Assembly: GCA_030390025.1 (NCBI GenBank)
Contig: CM059425.1
Span: 167,960,001-168,024,000 of the forward strand
Length of the DNA: 64,000 bases
Direction: 5' to 3'
DNA from: Squalus acanthias
Taxonomy: Eukaryota
The position numbers and the translations under genes are program-made. Below are positions 37,501 through 50,390 of the stretch, piece by piece; the stretch's first letter is position 1; every line of letters starts with the position of its first letter. The notes under the pieces were generated by a model. That model was not told the origin of the DNA. It worked only from the letters and a program-made list of their open reading frames with translations, and made no database searches.

Positions 37501-39402
37501 TCTTAAAATTGCAGCTTGTAACTTTGTTTGCTGGTCATCATATTTGCTCCAGTGTCTGAAGAAAGCCAGCACAGGCAGTGAGAAAAAAAACACATCAGTG
37601 GCATCTATAGTGGGGTAAGCCAGTCAGCTAACTAGTGACCACAAAAGATAGTGGCCTTTATTGTTGACAGTAACATAACATTGCCATCAGGTACAGCTGC
37701 TTCTGGAAGCAGCAGTGAAAACTACCTCCAAGTCTTAGCGCCTCAGGAAATAGCAACCCTGTCATCAAAATCAGGGCTCTCATCGGCAGCAGCGCTGTTC
37801 ATTTAGTTTTCTACTTGTCAGGCCCTCTGTTACTGAAAAATGTTTGCTCATTATTCAACACTGAAGGGATGAAGCTACTCTCCACAATGTTTTTGTTTAA
37901 AGACTGGTGTGCGTTATTGGAACTCTGCTAAATATGTTCAAAAGATTTCTAATTATGTTAGTTTAAATCCAAGCAGTGCAGCTATGCATATTTTATTGTC
38001 ACTGTTAATCAATATATTTCACAACTGCAGCCCACGATAAGAATATCATTAAATGAAGACTTCAAAAATGAATATTAATATTTATTAGGCATTAGTAAGT
38101 AAAGAATTCACCTTTGATAAATAGTGGCTGAGCATAGTAAATAAATAGGCAGGCATTTCACTGGAGTGATAGATAAAGCCCATTGCCAAAGTAAAGCAGG
38201 AGCACTTTGGGAGGTTTCACTGCATCCTTACTTGTTCACAAGTGGTTCAGCCATCCTCATGTGAAGACACCCAAACTAAGGGGAAGATTCCCTCTGTATG
38301 TTGTACAACAAGACCTTAAATACGTTAATAAAGAACTATTCTATTACACTGAGCTAACAAAGGAAATTTATCACAATGCAATCCTCCTTTTCTGTGAAAA
38401 TACTTCCAGTTTAAAAAAAGGCAAAATGAACCTTGAGTTGCTTTCCTCTTAATGAAATCCAAACTATTCAATCAAGTTTGTACCGATCCTGTGTTTATTG
38501 AATACATATTTGCGCATATTTTACGCAAGAATCAGCTTAATGTTATCAGATCTCTCCATGAACACTTCCTATTTAAATAAATATATTTATACAGATATAA
38601 CTTGCACACCCTACGTTATGGTGCCTGGCCCATATCAAAAAAATGTCTGCACAACAGTTTTGACAGACACACAAAAAATTGTTTCTTTTTAAAACTTGTC
38701 CATCAATGTTGTTATTTGAAAATGAAAAGCCAAGATATGCTTTTTTTGGTTGGAACACGGTCACATGCTTACCAGTGGAATGTTTCTGCATTGGCCTTCC
38801 AGGAAAGAGAAAAGGGTTTGCAATGAACAGCTTTTCTGAAGTGGCTTGATAGCACAAGCAGTTGGCACTTAAAAGGTCAAGAGTCTTTGGACTGCCTACC
38901 ACTCAAACTTGTTAGCCTTAATGGAGATATTTTTCTTAGTTTTTGGATAGTTTGTTTGACACATGGAAGCAAGACAAGATCCATTTCTAAGGGGTGGGAG
39001 GTTAACCAAACTATGATTGTCTTCTGCTGGATATGTGGCTATTGCAGATCATTTACAGAATGGGATTGACAGGATGAAGATGGCCATAGCCCAGAATATT
39101 ATGCCCTCCCAGCTAAAGGAAGATAATGCAAAATGCCATGTGGCACCATCTGGTTAAAAAATGGCAAGGTCAGTTTATGAAATAGTAGGACATGCAATTC
39201 TTATTTTTTTTAAATCTGCAAGAATATTTGAATAAACATTGAGGACTCATCCAAAGGTGGGGTGGGGTGCAGTTTTGGAAATAGAGATCTAAAAGGCCAA
39301 AAAATAATGCAAAGTATACTTATTGGGGACATCTGTACTGTGCATTACTGTCGTTGTCAACTCTTATGTACCCAGAGGTAGATCCATGTCAATGGTGCAT
39401 TG

Positions 39403-41875
39403 TCATAGAGTCATATACAGTTTACAGCACAGAAAGAGGCCCTTCGGCCCATTGTGTCCGCGCCGGCCATTTGGCCCTGTCTATTCTAATCCCATTTTCC
39501 AGCACTTGGTTCGTAGCTTGTATGCTATGGCGTTTCAAGTGCTCATCTAAATGCTTCTTGAATGTTGTGAGGGTTCCTGCCTCTACCACCCTTTCAGGCA
39601 GTGAGTTCCAGATTCCAACCACCCTCTGGGTGAAAAAGTTTTTCCTCAAATCCCCTCTAAACCTCCTGCCCCTTACCTTGAAACTATGCCCCCTGGTTAC
39701 TGACCCCTCTACTAAGGGGAAAAGTTCCTTTCTATCTACCCTATCTATGCCCCTCATACTTTTGTACACCTCAATCAGGTCCCCCCTCAGCCTTCTCTGC
39801 TCTAAGGAAAACAACCCCAGCCTGTCTAGTCTCTCTTCATAGCTGAAGCACTCCAGCCCAGGTAACATCCTGGTGAATCTCCTCTGCACCCTCTCCAATG
39901 CAATCACATCCTTCCTATAGTGTGGCGACCAGAACTGCACACAGTATTCCAGCTGTGGCCTAACTAGCGTTTTGTACAGCTCCATCATAACCTCCCTGCT
40001 CTTATATTCTATGCCTCGGCTAATGAAGGCAAGTATCCCATATGCCTTTTTAACCACCTTATCTACCTGTCCTGCTGCCTTCAGGGATCTATGTACATGC
40101 ACACCAAGGTCCCTCTGATTCTCTGTCCTTCCTAGGGTCCTACCATTCATTGTGTATTCCCTTGCCTTGTTAGTCCTCCCAAAATGCATCACCTCACACT
40201 TTTCAGGGTTAAATTCCATTTGCCACTGTTCTACCCATCTAACCAACCCATCTATATCGTCCTGTAGCCTGAGGCTTCCCTCCTCGCTATTTACCACTCC
40301 ACCAATTTTCATATCATTTGCGAACTTACTGATCATACCTCCTACATTCATATCTAAATCATTAACGTACACTACAAACAGCAAAGGACCCAACACCGAT
40401 CCCTGCGGTACACCACTGGACACAGGCTTCCAATCACAAAAACAACCTTCGACCATCACCCTCTGCCTCCTGCCACTAAGCCAATTTTGGATCCAATGTG
40501 CCAAATTGCCCTGGATCCCATGGGCTCTTACCTTCTTGACCAGTCTCCCATGTGGGACTTTGTCAAAAGCCTTACTGAAGTCCATATAGACTACATCAAC
40601 TGCACTACCCTCATCCACACACCTAGTCGCCCCCTCGAAAAATTCAATCAAATTGGTCAGACATGATCTCCCCCTGACAAAGCCATGCTGACTATCCCTG
40701 ATTAATCCCTGCCATTCCAAATGGAGATTAATTCTGTCGCTCAGAATTTTTTCCAATAATTTCCCTACCACTGATGTTAGGCTCACTGGCCTGTATTTCC
40801 CTGGTTTATCCTACTACCCTTCTTGAACAATGGTACTACGTTAGCTGTTCTCCAGTCCTCTGGCACCTCCCCTGTGGCCAGAGAGGTTCTGAAAATTTGT
40901 GTCAGAGCCCCTGCAATCTCCTCCCTTGCCTCACACAGCAGCCTGGGATACGTCCCGTCAGGGCCTGGGGATTTATCCACTTTTAAGCCCGCTCAAACCG
41001 CTAGTACCTCCTCCCTCTCAATACTAATTTGTTCAAGTATATCACAATCACTCTTCTCCATAGTGAACACAGATGCAAAATATTCATTTAAAACCTCACC
41101 TACATCTTCCAGCTCTACACACAGATTGCCACTTTGGTCCCTAATGGGCCCTACTCTTTCCCTGGTTATCCTCTTGCCCTTAATATACTTATAAAACACC
41201 TTGGGATTGTCCTTTATTTTGCCCGCCAGTGTTTTTTCATGCCCCCTCTTCGCTCTCCTAATTTCTTTTTTAAGTACCCCCCTGCACTTTCTATACTCCT
41301 CTAGGGCTTCTACTGTTTTTAGTCCGTTGTATCTGCCAAAAGCCTCCCTTTTTTTCCTAATCCATTCTTGTATATCCCTTGACATCCAGGGTTCCCTGGG
41401 CTTGTTGGTCACACCCTTGACCTTTACGGGAACATGTTGGCGTTGTACTCTCTCTATTTCCTTTCTGAAAGACTCCCATTGCTCTGATGTGGATTTTCCT
41501 ACAAGTAGCTGATCCCAGTCCATTTTGGCCAGATCCTGCCTTATCATATTAAAATCGGCCTTCCCCCAATTTAGAACCTTTATTTCCGGTCCATCTTTGT
41601 CCTTTTCCATGACTACCTTAAATCTCACCGAATTATGGTCACTGTCACCAAAATGCTCTTTTACTGACACTTCTACCACTTGCCCGGCTACATTCCCGAG
41701 AATTAGATCCAGTACCGCCCCCTCTCTTGTAGGACTTTCTACATGCTGGCTCAAAAAGCTCTCCTGGATGCACTTTAAGAATTCCGCACCCTCTAAGCCT
41801 TTCACACTCTGACTATCCCAGTTAATATTGGGGAAGTTGAAATCCCCTACTGTTATTACCCTATTATTTCTACAT
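39403..41875 (-). mobile_element. CR1 LINE, long 5'-truncated copy (end of APE domain plus RT, few frameshifts)
   Basis: GDFNFPNINW near 41830. ORFs 40993-41805, 40783-40980 and 39422-40786 carry RT motifs. The catalytic FADD is mutated to FAND. Confidence 0.95.
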
Positions 41876-42164
41876 TGTGCATCTTAGTCCTTCACTTTTG
41901 TTTCTGAATTTTAAAAATGTGGAATGGTTTGTTGTGTATTTTGAATATTTTTTAACGCCTGTAACTGTTGAAAAGCCTGATGATATTCACTGTCTAGGCT
42001 CATACTTGGTGAATGGCCAAATGGGTGAGGTACAGAAAGCTGCCAGTGCTACTGGAACTACTTCACCAGGAGTTACTGCCTTCGCAAGGAGGGAGGTAAG
42101 GGGGGCGGCGGGGGGGGGGGGGGAGATTTAAAAAAATATATTTTTGTACTTAGTTGTTTAGCTC

Positions 42165-42610
42165 ACAGGAACAGGAGTGGACCATTCAGCCCCTCGAGCC
42201 TGTTGCACCATTCAAGTCGATCATGGCTGATCTGTACCTCAACTCCAATTAGCTGCATTTGCTCCATAATCCCTTGATATCCTTACCCAGCAAAATTCTC
42301 AGTCTTGAAAATTTCAATTTGAACCAGCTTCCACAGCCTTTTGGCGGGAGAGAGTATAGGATTTCCACAGCCCTTTGTGTGAAAAAGTGCTTCCTGATTT
42401 CACTCCTAAATAGCCGAGCTCTAATTTTAAGATTATGCTCCCTTGTTCTGGATTTCCCCACCAGAGGAAATTGTTTCTCCGTATCCACCCCATTTACTCC
42501 CTTTATCATTTTCAACACCACTATTAGATCACCCCTCAACCTTCTAAACACAAGGGAATACAAACCAGGTTTATGCAACCTGTCTTCATAATTTAACCCT
42601 TTAAAGCTCC
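42165..42610 (-). mobile_element. CR1 3' fragment
   Basis: GLYSLVFRRLRGDLI...RKHFFTQRAV plus the CR1 3' UTR. Confidence 0.85.
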
Positions 42611-45600
42611 ACACAGTCGTAGCTGTTTGCTGACTGCAGAAGTAAACTGAGTAACCATCTGCTGAGGGAGCATTATTTGTTGTACTGAACGTTTTATTTC
42701 AATGCAGTGGTAGAACAGGCTTTCAAAGTAGTAGGTGTGGCATTTGCTTCCCTTTTTCAAAACTTTTAGTGCTCAACGAGTCGTTTGATAGATCCTGGAA
42801 GACAGGGATTCTCATCACTGATCAAATCACCTGACATCAATGCTTTTTGACTACAACTGTCAGACATCAGATAGCTTCTAGCCAGTGGTAATAAAACTCC
42901 TGCCTACCATCTGCTCTGGTGAGGATCACACCCATTATGTCTGCAAACAGGTGTGGGATTGTTTACACAATGGGAGTACAATTGGAATCATTCCAGAAAT
43001 GGCCTGGTGATACCGCACAGTCTGTTTATACGTCTTTGTAGGTTTAAAGTGTAACTGACTGATATCCACTGAAATCATAATTTAAGGAGTGGTACAGGAA
43101 ACACTTTGGATTGTCAGAACATGAAAAATAGTCAAAGCAGCATCTTGGAAGATTTGATGAGTAATTGGGAAAGCTCTGTTCAAAAATCTGTGACAGAGAT
43201 CAGAAAAGGAAATGATTCAGAGGTGACCAATGCCCTGTTTTAATTTCTCGTGAACTGCAAACTCTTAAAGGAGTTAAATATGTTGGCCAAATTGCGAACC
43301 AGGAAGTCATCTAGGAGCAACTACAAACCACTGCCTATATGTTATCCTAGAGACTTAGCGCTGCATTCACATCAACATTGTCCTCAATGTGGCACTATAA
43401 GCCCAGTACAGAAAGAATACATGCTGCTTTTTTTGTGTTGGCAGCAGCAAGAGCTCCAAAAAGCATTAGTTCCACATTGGTGTGGAGATGCTTGTTGCAG
43501 TACACCAATTTATGTGAGCCTTCCTTGAAATATTCCTTTAACCAGGGCTGTTAGTACTGTACATGTTGTGGTCTTATCACTAAGCACATCTTGTCCAGCC
43601 TCTGTGTTCTCAGCACAACCCCCTCTAAGGCCATTTTCATGAAACAGTAATTCCTAGCAGTATCCTATCATTACACTACCTAATATACAAACACTATTAA
43701 AGTTTCCCTCCAAGTAGTATTGAGCTCATATGATCGGTATATCGTACATAATAGCATAAGGGCAGATTTTCTGTGATGTCCTTGATAAGGGTGGAATGCT
43801 GTGGTTCAGGCATGCACATGCCAAGTCCAACAAATCCTTCAGGATGGGTCCTAATTAGATATTCAGTGCAAGCTCCCGGTGTCCAATCTGGGCGCTGATT
43901 CAGGGCAGAGCATTTGATAATGGCACGGCTATTTGTAAAGCTGTTGAACCTTTTAGAGGAAAGGGATGTTTTGGAAGACAAAAGATTTAGAACAGTTACT
44001 CTATTTTGTCTATTGATATCATAGGGCAGCACGAAGGCAAAATACCCAAGTTTATGATGCAGCAGTTGATGTGTCGATGCAAGACGTAGGTGAAAGAAGG
44101 GCTGCCCATTTGGCATTCTAGGGAACAACCCACTAAGGACAGCACACCAGAGTCCCAGCAGAAAGTGATCTCCACCACCCAGGGGCAGTGGTACCACATT
44201 CAGAAGTTTTCGGGGCCACAGGAAACCAGCTATGGTCAGTCTACTCACCATGCCGTATACCAAGTAGATGGACAAATTATGCATATCACCAAATGTTTCC
44301 TTACACTCCGTTACACATTAACTGCCTTTACAGGACTTTGCATGGTCAAACGTCACCCACAAGACCCACCTCCTTTGTTCCCCTTGTGAAGTACGCCTGC
44401 ATGAAGTAGGCATACATGCATGGCAGGATGACATCCTGGCAAATGTGATGCCCACAATTCCAACCAATTGCAGAACAGCTATGACAAAATGGATCTTCAA
44501 CCCTCAGACGGATTGGCCTGCCTTCTTGATAGAGTGGCAAGATGCCGCTCCCAAACTCCTGGGCAGATGTCCAGGGAGGTGGGACTGGTGGGTGGCATTT
44601 GGTCATGCAAGGTAAGCATTCAAAGTCTTGTCAGTGCAGCTGCCTCTTCCCCCTTTTTGAAAGTGGTCACTCTCCCTGGGATTTAGGGTGGGGTCGAAGC
44701 AGCAACATAATAATAAATGGAACTTATTCAGGAAAATATGTATTTAGAGGGCAGAGATTCGGGCTGAGACATGGGGCGGTTGTGTACCCGGGCTGGGATG
44801 GTGCCAGGGCAGGGGGGGGGGGGGGGGCACGAATTCAGTCTGGGGCACATGGAGGGTACAGACTTGGGCTTTAAAGTCTCAGGGGACAGAGGTAAAGTTG
44901 TGGGAGCAGTGGGCTGGCCTCTCACACTGCCCTGCTGCTGCCCCCCAACCCAGCCCCACCCTCCCCTCCCCTCCCCTCCCCTCCCGCTGTGCCCACGGGC
45001 TCACTCGCCAGATGGCTGCCGTTCCTATCTTATTCGCACCGGACACCTCCATTTTCCGTCAGGCCTTCTCCAGCTATACAAGGGAGATCCTGCTCCTGCC
45101 GCCAGGTGTGGCCACTGCTGACCCTGTGGTGGACGGACACCAACACGCACCCTGCCTCCTTCCCCTCACGGGTTGGCCAGTTTCACCAGTCCCCTCAGAA
45201 CATGGTGGCCGCCGTCGGTGAGGGTTATGTCAGCCTGCTGAGTTCTTCCTCCTACCCTCTCTCCCAGAGCTCTCCCAAAGCCAAGGCTGGACACACAAGG
45301 GGAAAACAGAGGGAGTGCACTATTCACAACTGCCATCCATCACCAAGTCAAAGAGTAGCTGAGGCTTTTCTCCGCTGGTCTTTTTTTTCATACCGATTAA
45401 TCCAACTACCAAGGCTCATCCAACGTAACTCCTACAATTAACACGTGTTAAAAGAAATTAATCTCCAAAAAAGTTAAAGCATCAATCGCAGACATTAACT
45501 GTGATTAACTGGCAGCTCTAGCTATTAGTAATATTTAAAGTATTCTAAGCTGTTACCACAACTGCTCAGCCTCTTAACCATGCCTCTATAAGGCACTACT

Positions 45601-45637
45601 CGTTTAACAGAAGAAAATGTGTTTACAAGGTGTTCAC

Positions 45638-45910
45638 CTCTCAGATATTCTGTACATGTTGCTTCACTGGTTTGTTTGCATTCTTTCTTCTTATTGTCCT
45701 CCGTGGCTAGCTTTGACTGGTCTTTGTGGCCTTTACTTGGGAGCATGGGCTGCTGGGAGCTTTTGCTCAATGTGTTGTGTTTTTTTGGCATGGCCTGAGG
45801 AAATCCAAACATAAATAGAGACGAGAAGAACAGAAGTCCAGCACAAAGAAGGAAGCCAGCCCACCAAGCACCAATCCACTGAGGATCATCTGGGGTGATG
45901 TCCAATTTTG
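45638..45910 (-). CDS. SLCO3A1: Internal coding exon (273 bp; exon 4 equivalent) of the SLCO3A1-like transporter
   Basis: (A)KLDITPDDPQWIGAWWAGFLLCAGLLFFSSLFMFGFPQAMP...EYLR contains the OATP signature DxRW(I/V)GAWWxG(F/L)L, here with Q in place of R. Acceptor tttcag at 45911-45912, donor GTGAAC at 45637-45636. In frame with both flanking exons. Confidence 0.95.
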
Positions 45911-46354
45911 CTGAAAGAAAAAGGAAAAATGATATTAAGTCCAAGAGATTACTCCAGCAAATGAGCATCATTTTAAGAACATGGCTGTTGTATGCATAAT
46001 GGATAAAGTCAGCTCCTTTGAGGACCATAATGGAAAGGGATGGAAAACATCAAATCTACAGCTGCAACAAATATGTCAGGGCTATTCTATCAATCACTCT
46101 TGATACATGTTGATTATCAAGTCCCAGATTCAAGTAAGTGACAGCACAGGACTGTTCCGAGATCTCTACAGTTACTTGCCAATGCACTTTACAAGTTGCA
46201 GTTTTGTTAAACCATGGGGTATCAATTAGATCCTTGGCACAAGGGATTGTGGTGAAAATTGATGTTGGCTCTGCCACAACGAACTTCTCACATTTGTCCA
46301 CCCCAGTCCAACACTGGCATCTCCACATCATTTACTCTGTAATCCATGTTATAA

Positions 46355-46457
46355 ATTTCTGATGAAAGGCCATCGACCTGAAACGTTAACTCTGTTTCTC
46401 TCTCCACAGATGCTGCCTGACCTGCTGAGTATTTCCAGAATTTTCTGTTTTTATTTA
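46355..46457 (+). ncRNA. Penelope-derived fragment with an intact minimal hammerhead core
   Basis: ttCTGATGA (46359-46365), a, aggcc-atc-gacct, GAAACGTT (46380-46387), aactctgtttctctctccacagatgctgcc. Stem II has one mismatch. Confidence 0.7.
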
Positions 46458-46710
46458 TTACATGTGATTGGTGTAAATGTCATTCCTCCATTTTTAGACA
46501 CAAAGGGTGATTTATACATAAGATTTGATATTATATCATTTTAAGTTGCTACAGAAGGTTCACTAATCTTTTAAGATGCAATAAACATTCAAAAGAACAG
46601 ATTTTATGCACCAACAACTTGACAGACATACAATGCTATGCTGTGATACCAACAATTTTTTCATACTTCTTTTATTATTTATCTCCCTTACTTTTTGTTC
46701 TTTCCTCTGT

Positions 46711-47172
46711 AGGTGTCAGCCTTGGCTCAGTGGTAGCCCTCTTGCCTCTAAGTCATGAAGGTCGTGGGTTCAAGTCCCACTCCAGAGACTTGAGCACATA
46801 ATCCAGGCTAGCACTTCAGTGCAGTACTGAGGGAATGCTGTACTGTCAGAGGTGCTGCCTTTCAGATGAGATGTTAAACTGAGGCAATGTCTGCCCTCTC
46901 AGATGGATGAATAAGATCCAATGGAACTGTCCAAAAAAGAACAGTGGAGTTTTTCTGGTGTCCTGGCCAATATTTCTCCCTCAACCAGCATCACTAAAAC
47001 AGATGATCAAGTCATTTATCACTTTGCTCTATGTGGGATCTTGCGGTGCACAAATTGGCTGCTGCATTTCCTACATTACAACAGTAACTACACTTCAATA
47101 AATACTTGATTGGCTGTAAAGCGGTTTGGCACGTCCTGAAATCATGGAACATGGTATATAAATGCAAGTTCT
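46711..47172 (+). mobile_element. Full-length Deu-domain SINE
   Basis: tggctcagtgg (A box), ggttcaagtcc (B box), Deu core and atataaatgcaagtt tail. Confidence 0.9.
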
Positions 47173-47422
47173 TACTATCCCACTCTGTCTATGAGACACA
47201 CCACTCCCTGTTAATAGGTCATGCAGGTAGGTGACCTTCTCTCAGAACTCTACTGAAGCTGCTCTTGAACTGGCTGCCAGGAGGTGCTCAAGAATGGACT
47301 GAGTTAACAGCCTTTGATTGTTCCTTCTCCTTATATCTGCAACAACAGTGGGAGCTTACCATTTGAAAGATCTCAGCTGTGAACCTGCATCCTTCCACCA
47401 TGGAATTATTTCTTATTTCAAG

Positions 47423-47520
47423 TGAGGAAGGAAGGAAGGAAGGAAGGAAGAAAGTGAGGAAGAAAAAAAATGAAGAAGGAAGAAAGAAGGTGAGGGCGGA
47501 ACGAAGGAAGGAAAGAAAAA
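47423..47520 (+). repeat. Purine-rich (GGAA)n-like microsatellite
   Basis: gaggaaggaaggaaggaaggaaggaagaaag..., adjacent to a decayed SINE tail. Confidence 0.8.
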
Positions 47521-47816
47521 TTGAATTTATATAGCACCTCGTCACATCAACAGAATATCTCAAAGCAATTCACACAACATATTACTTGTGATTTTTGTGA
47601 TGACGCTTTGTTTTGTGGGTACTGTCTACTTAGTCACTACACTTTCTGCATGTTTAAGGAAGTGAGCATCCTGACACTTAAGTAATGCAGGCTTTAAACA
47701 TCTACTTTCTGATGCTTTCAAATGGCAGCACAAAATTTACATACCAGAATTTGTTACTGTTTACAAGACAATTCATAATGCTTCATTTGGCATCTTTTCA
47801 CAATGTTAAAACTAAC

Positions 47817-47915
47817 CTGTGTCGATGAAGATAGCGTCCACATAAATTGTTGTAAACAAGGAACCCAGCATGAACCCAAATGCAGGACCAAACAGCATAG
47901 TGGTAAACAAGACAC
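47817..47915 (-). CDS. SLCO3A1: Internal coding exon (99 bp; exon 3 equivalent) of an SLCO3A1-like organic anion transporter
   Basis: The minus strand reads (G)VLFTTMLFGPAFGFMLGSLFTTIYVDAIFIDT, resembling the OATP3A1 segment GILFTMLVFGPACGFILGSFCTKIYVDAVFIDT as I recall it. Acceptor is a pyrimidine-rich tract ...aacag (ct at 47916-47917). Donor is GTTAGT (ac at 47815-47816). Phase 1/1. Confidence 0.93.
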
Positions 47916-48669
47916 CTGTTCAAGGAAGAAAAATGACAAAGGTTACCAAGAAGCCAAAGGACAAGTTACTATTACAGCCAGTTAAGATCCTAAGAGAGTT
48001 CTCAGTATGATATCAGGACCCTCATTTTCAAAAACAAATCTTCCAATGCTATCCCAACTCTGTCTAAACATCTAGAATCATGATGCAAAAGTGAACTCAC
48101 TCAAAAGATTTTTCAAAAGTATTTTCTAAAGATCTCAAACCCATCCCCACTGTTTGTTTAAATTAATTATGAGATGTTACTGCTGCGATTGCTGTGGCAC
48201 TGTGGATTACACATTACCAAACACAATGCACCAGAGCAAGGATAGAGCAAAAGCAAAATTTGCAAAAGCAAATATTGTAAAGGAATGAGCCAAACCTATT
48301 CAGAAAAATACACCATCCTATGAACAGAATTCTGATATTTCTGGGTTTAAAAATCTAAAAGCCTCAACGTCACAAAGCTGTAAACACCATACAGGCTTTT
48401 GAGATAAAGATTGGTTATTGATACTGAGACAATGGCCTATTGAAGAAGCAAAGAGTTGGTTCCAAGGAGTCTGTAGTTTGGAACCAACACAATAGCAATG
48501 CCCAAGTAAAGTGTTAAAAGCTAACACGTCGAACAGAAACATAGAACATTAAAAAACCATGTGCCTTTGTAAAAGTAACATCAAATGAAACAGGAAACAC
48601 GATTATATATATAACCAACTAAGATGGCTAGGAAAACAAACACCCTGGTTGAAGTGGTTTTAATTTACA

Positions 48670-49635
48670 TGTTGTAAAAGGTACACAACAGAACACTTTG
48701 AAAATATTACATCAATAGATGTACCAAGCAATCACATTGTTTATGTATTGAACTTGGAACACAAGGAGACGAGAAGTCTGAAATACAAGCAGTTAAGCCA
48801 ATATTAAGAATTGAATGGAAGACCTTCGATAAGAATGGCATCAAAGAGATAAATCTGTTGTAGCCATTTTATGATAGGTTTTGAAACACCTAAAGGTAGA
48901 GACAGAAGTCTGAAAGTTAACAGCTGAATTAACAGTAAGAATAGAAAGAAGTCAACAGAGGTATGGCTAGAGATAATTAGCTTACATCAGCAGAAAACTT
49001 CAAAGGATAAACCACTAAAAAAAGGTATAAAAATAGAGCTTTTCAAACAGAAAGTCAGAAGTCGCTGGAAAGGCAAGCGATTCTCGCCTTCAGAACCACT
49101 CTGTAGGCCTACAACTCTGAGTCTCGGGTAATCAAGGTATTTGATTTTGGTGGATATTCTGGATTAAGAAATAAGTAAAAGTGTGGAAATGTAACAAAGT
49201 TAAGATTTGAGAGTAAGGATCTCTGATAAGAAATGTAAGCTATTTGTATTTTGGACTGTTAAAGTTGCGATTAAAATCAACAGCTGTTAACTACATGACG
49301 GTTCCTTAATAAATCTATATATTTTTAAATTGTCTCACAGAGTATTTCTGTATTAATCTCGCGAACTCAATTTCTGTACACTCTTCTGTGAGGAGTTGCA
49401 GAATTCTGGGGGGGTTTCCAGGCCCTCATAATATCCGGAAGGTTACAGTCTAGTTAAACTTGTTAAAAGTATTATCCGGAGGATGGTAACATCTTCAGGC
49501 CGTTCCTTTCCTTTAGGGAGAGATAATCTGACCTTTAGACCCAATTAAGCATCTTACAGGATTCGGCTATTTCTAACTTTAGTTGAAGGGGAACGTCTGG
49601 GGAATACGTCTGATCTGGGGTAGCCCGAAAAGGGC
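48670..49635 (+). mobile_element. Possible solo LTR or LTR-like segment
   Basis: TGTAA at 48673, TATAAAA at 49025, AATAAA at about 49308 and TTACA at 49447. No clean TSD. Confidence 0.3.
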
Positions 49636-50289
49636 TAGGACTTGGTAATTATCCCTTCAATATCACTTCTGCTATATTGAAAATATAGGAGTGACCAAGT
49701 AAATAGCCAATTATTGACACATATGAACATCACAAATGAGCTTACAATAGCCAGACTTTGTTGGGCCACCAGCCCCATCAACTTCCTGCTATTTTGATCC
49801 ATTTGCCTGTCAATTGCTGAAAATATTATCATTTTGCCAAAACTTCTGTTGAGCTGCATCTGGTTGAGTATCATCGAAATATTATACTTCACAAATAAAC
49901 TGCAGCACTGTCTGAAATATAGTGGAATCCTGTGATAAGTAATAGGTCAGGCATATAACAGGACTACTAAACCATCGATTCACTAGAAGGATTTGTGAGT
50001 TGGAAAAAAATTGCACGTATGCAGGCATTTCCATGAATTTGCTAATGTTGGGAATCCATGTTGTATTTTGTTCAACCCTTCATTTTAAAATTGAAAAGCG
50101 ATCAGCTGAAGTGTTTTACTTTGCTTAATTTTCACTAAAGCTTTTAATGGGGTGCACTTTAGTATTAGGACACTGTTGTTGTAGACAGCATTCAACATTT
50201 ATCTATCAGCAGTAATTCTGCCAGAGAAAACTGTATAAATATACCGACTGCATTTAAAAAAGAATTGAAAAGGTACTAAAGACTATTGA

Positions 50290-50390
50290 AAGTGGAGCTG
50301 AGGTCGAAAATCGGCCATGAGCTCATTGAATGTCGGACCAGGCTCGAGGGCCCATATGGCCTACTCATGCTCCTATTTCTTATGTTCTAA
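50290..50390 (+). mobile_element. CR1 3' UTR tip
   Basis: ggccatgagctcattgaatg...ggctcgaggg...cctactcatgctcctatttcttatgttc. Confidence 0.75.

Noticed and set aside
39422..40786. 454-aa RT ORF as an active element
   Set aside because: 5'-truncated, frameshifted upstream, and the catalytic FADD is mutated to FAND.
39354..41812. Plus-strand ORFs of 100-160 aa (also 15137-15664 and 63274-63708)
   Set aside because: They are antisense shadows of LINE RT coding sequence.
46711..46785. tRNA gene (also about 25020-25095 on the minus strand)
   Set aside because: A and B boxes continue directly into a SINE body, so these are SINE heads.
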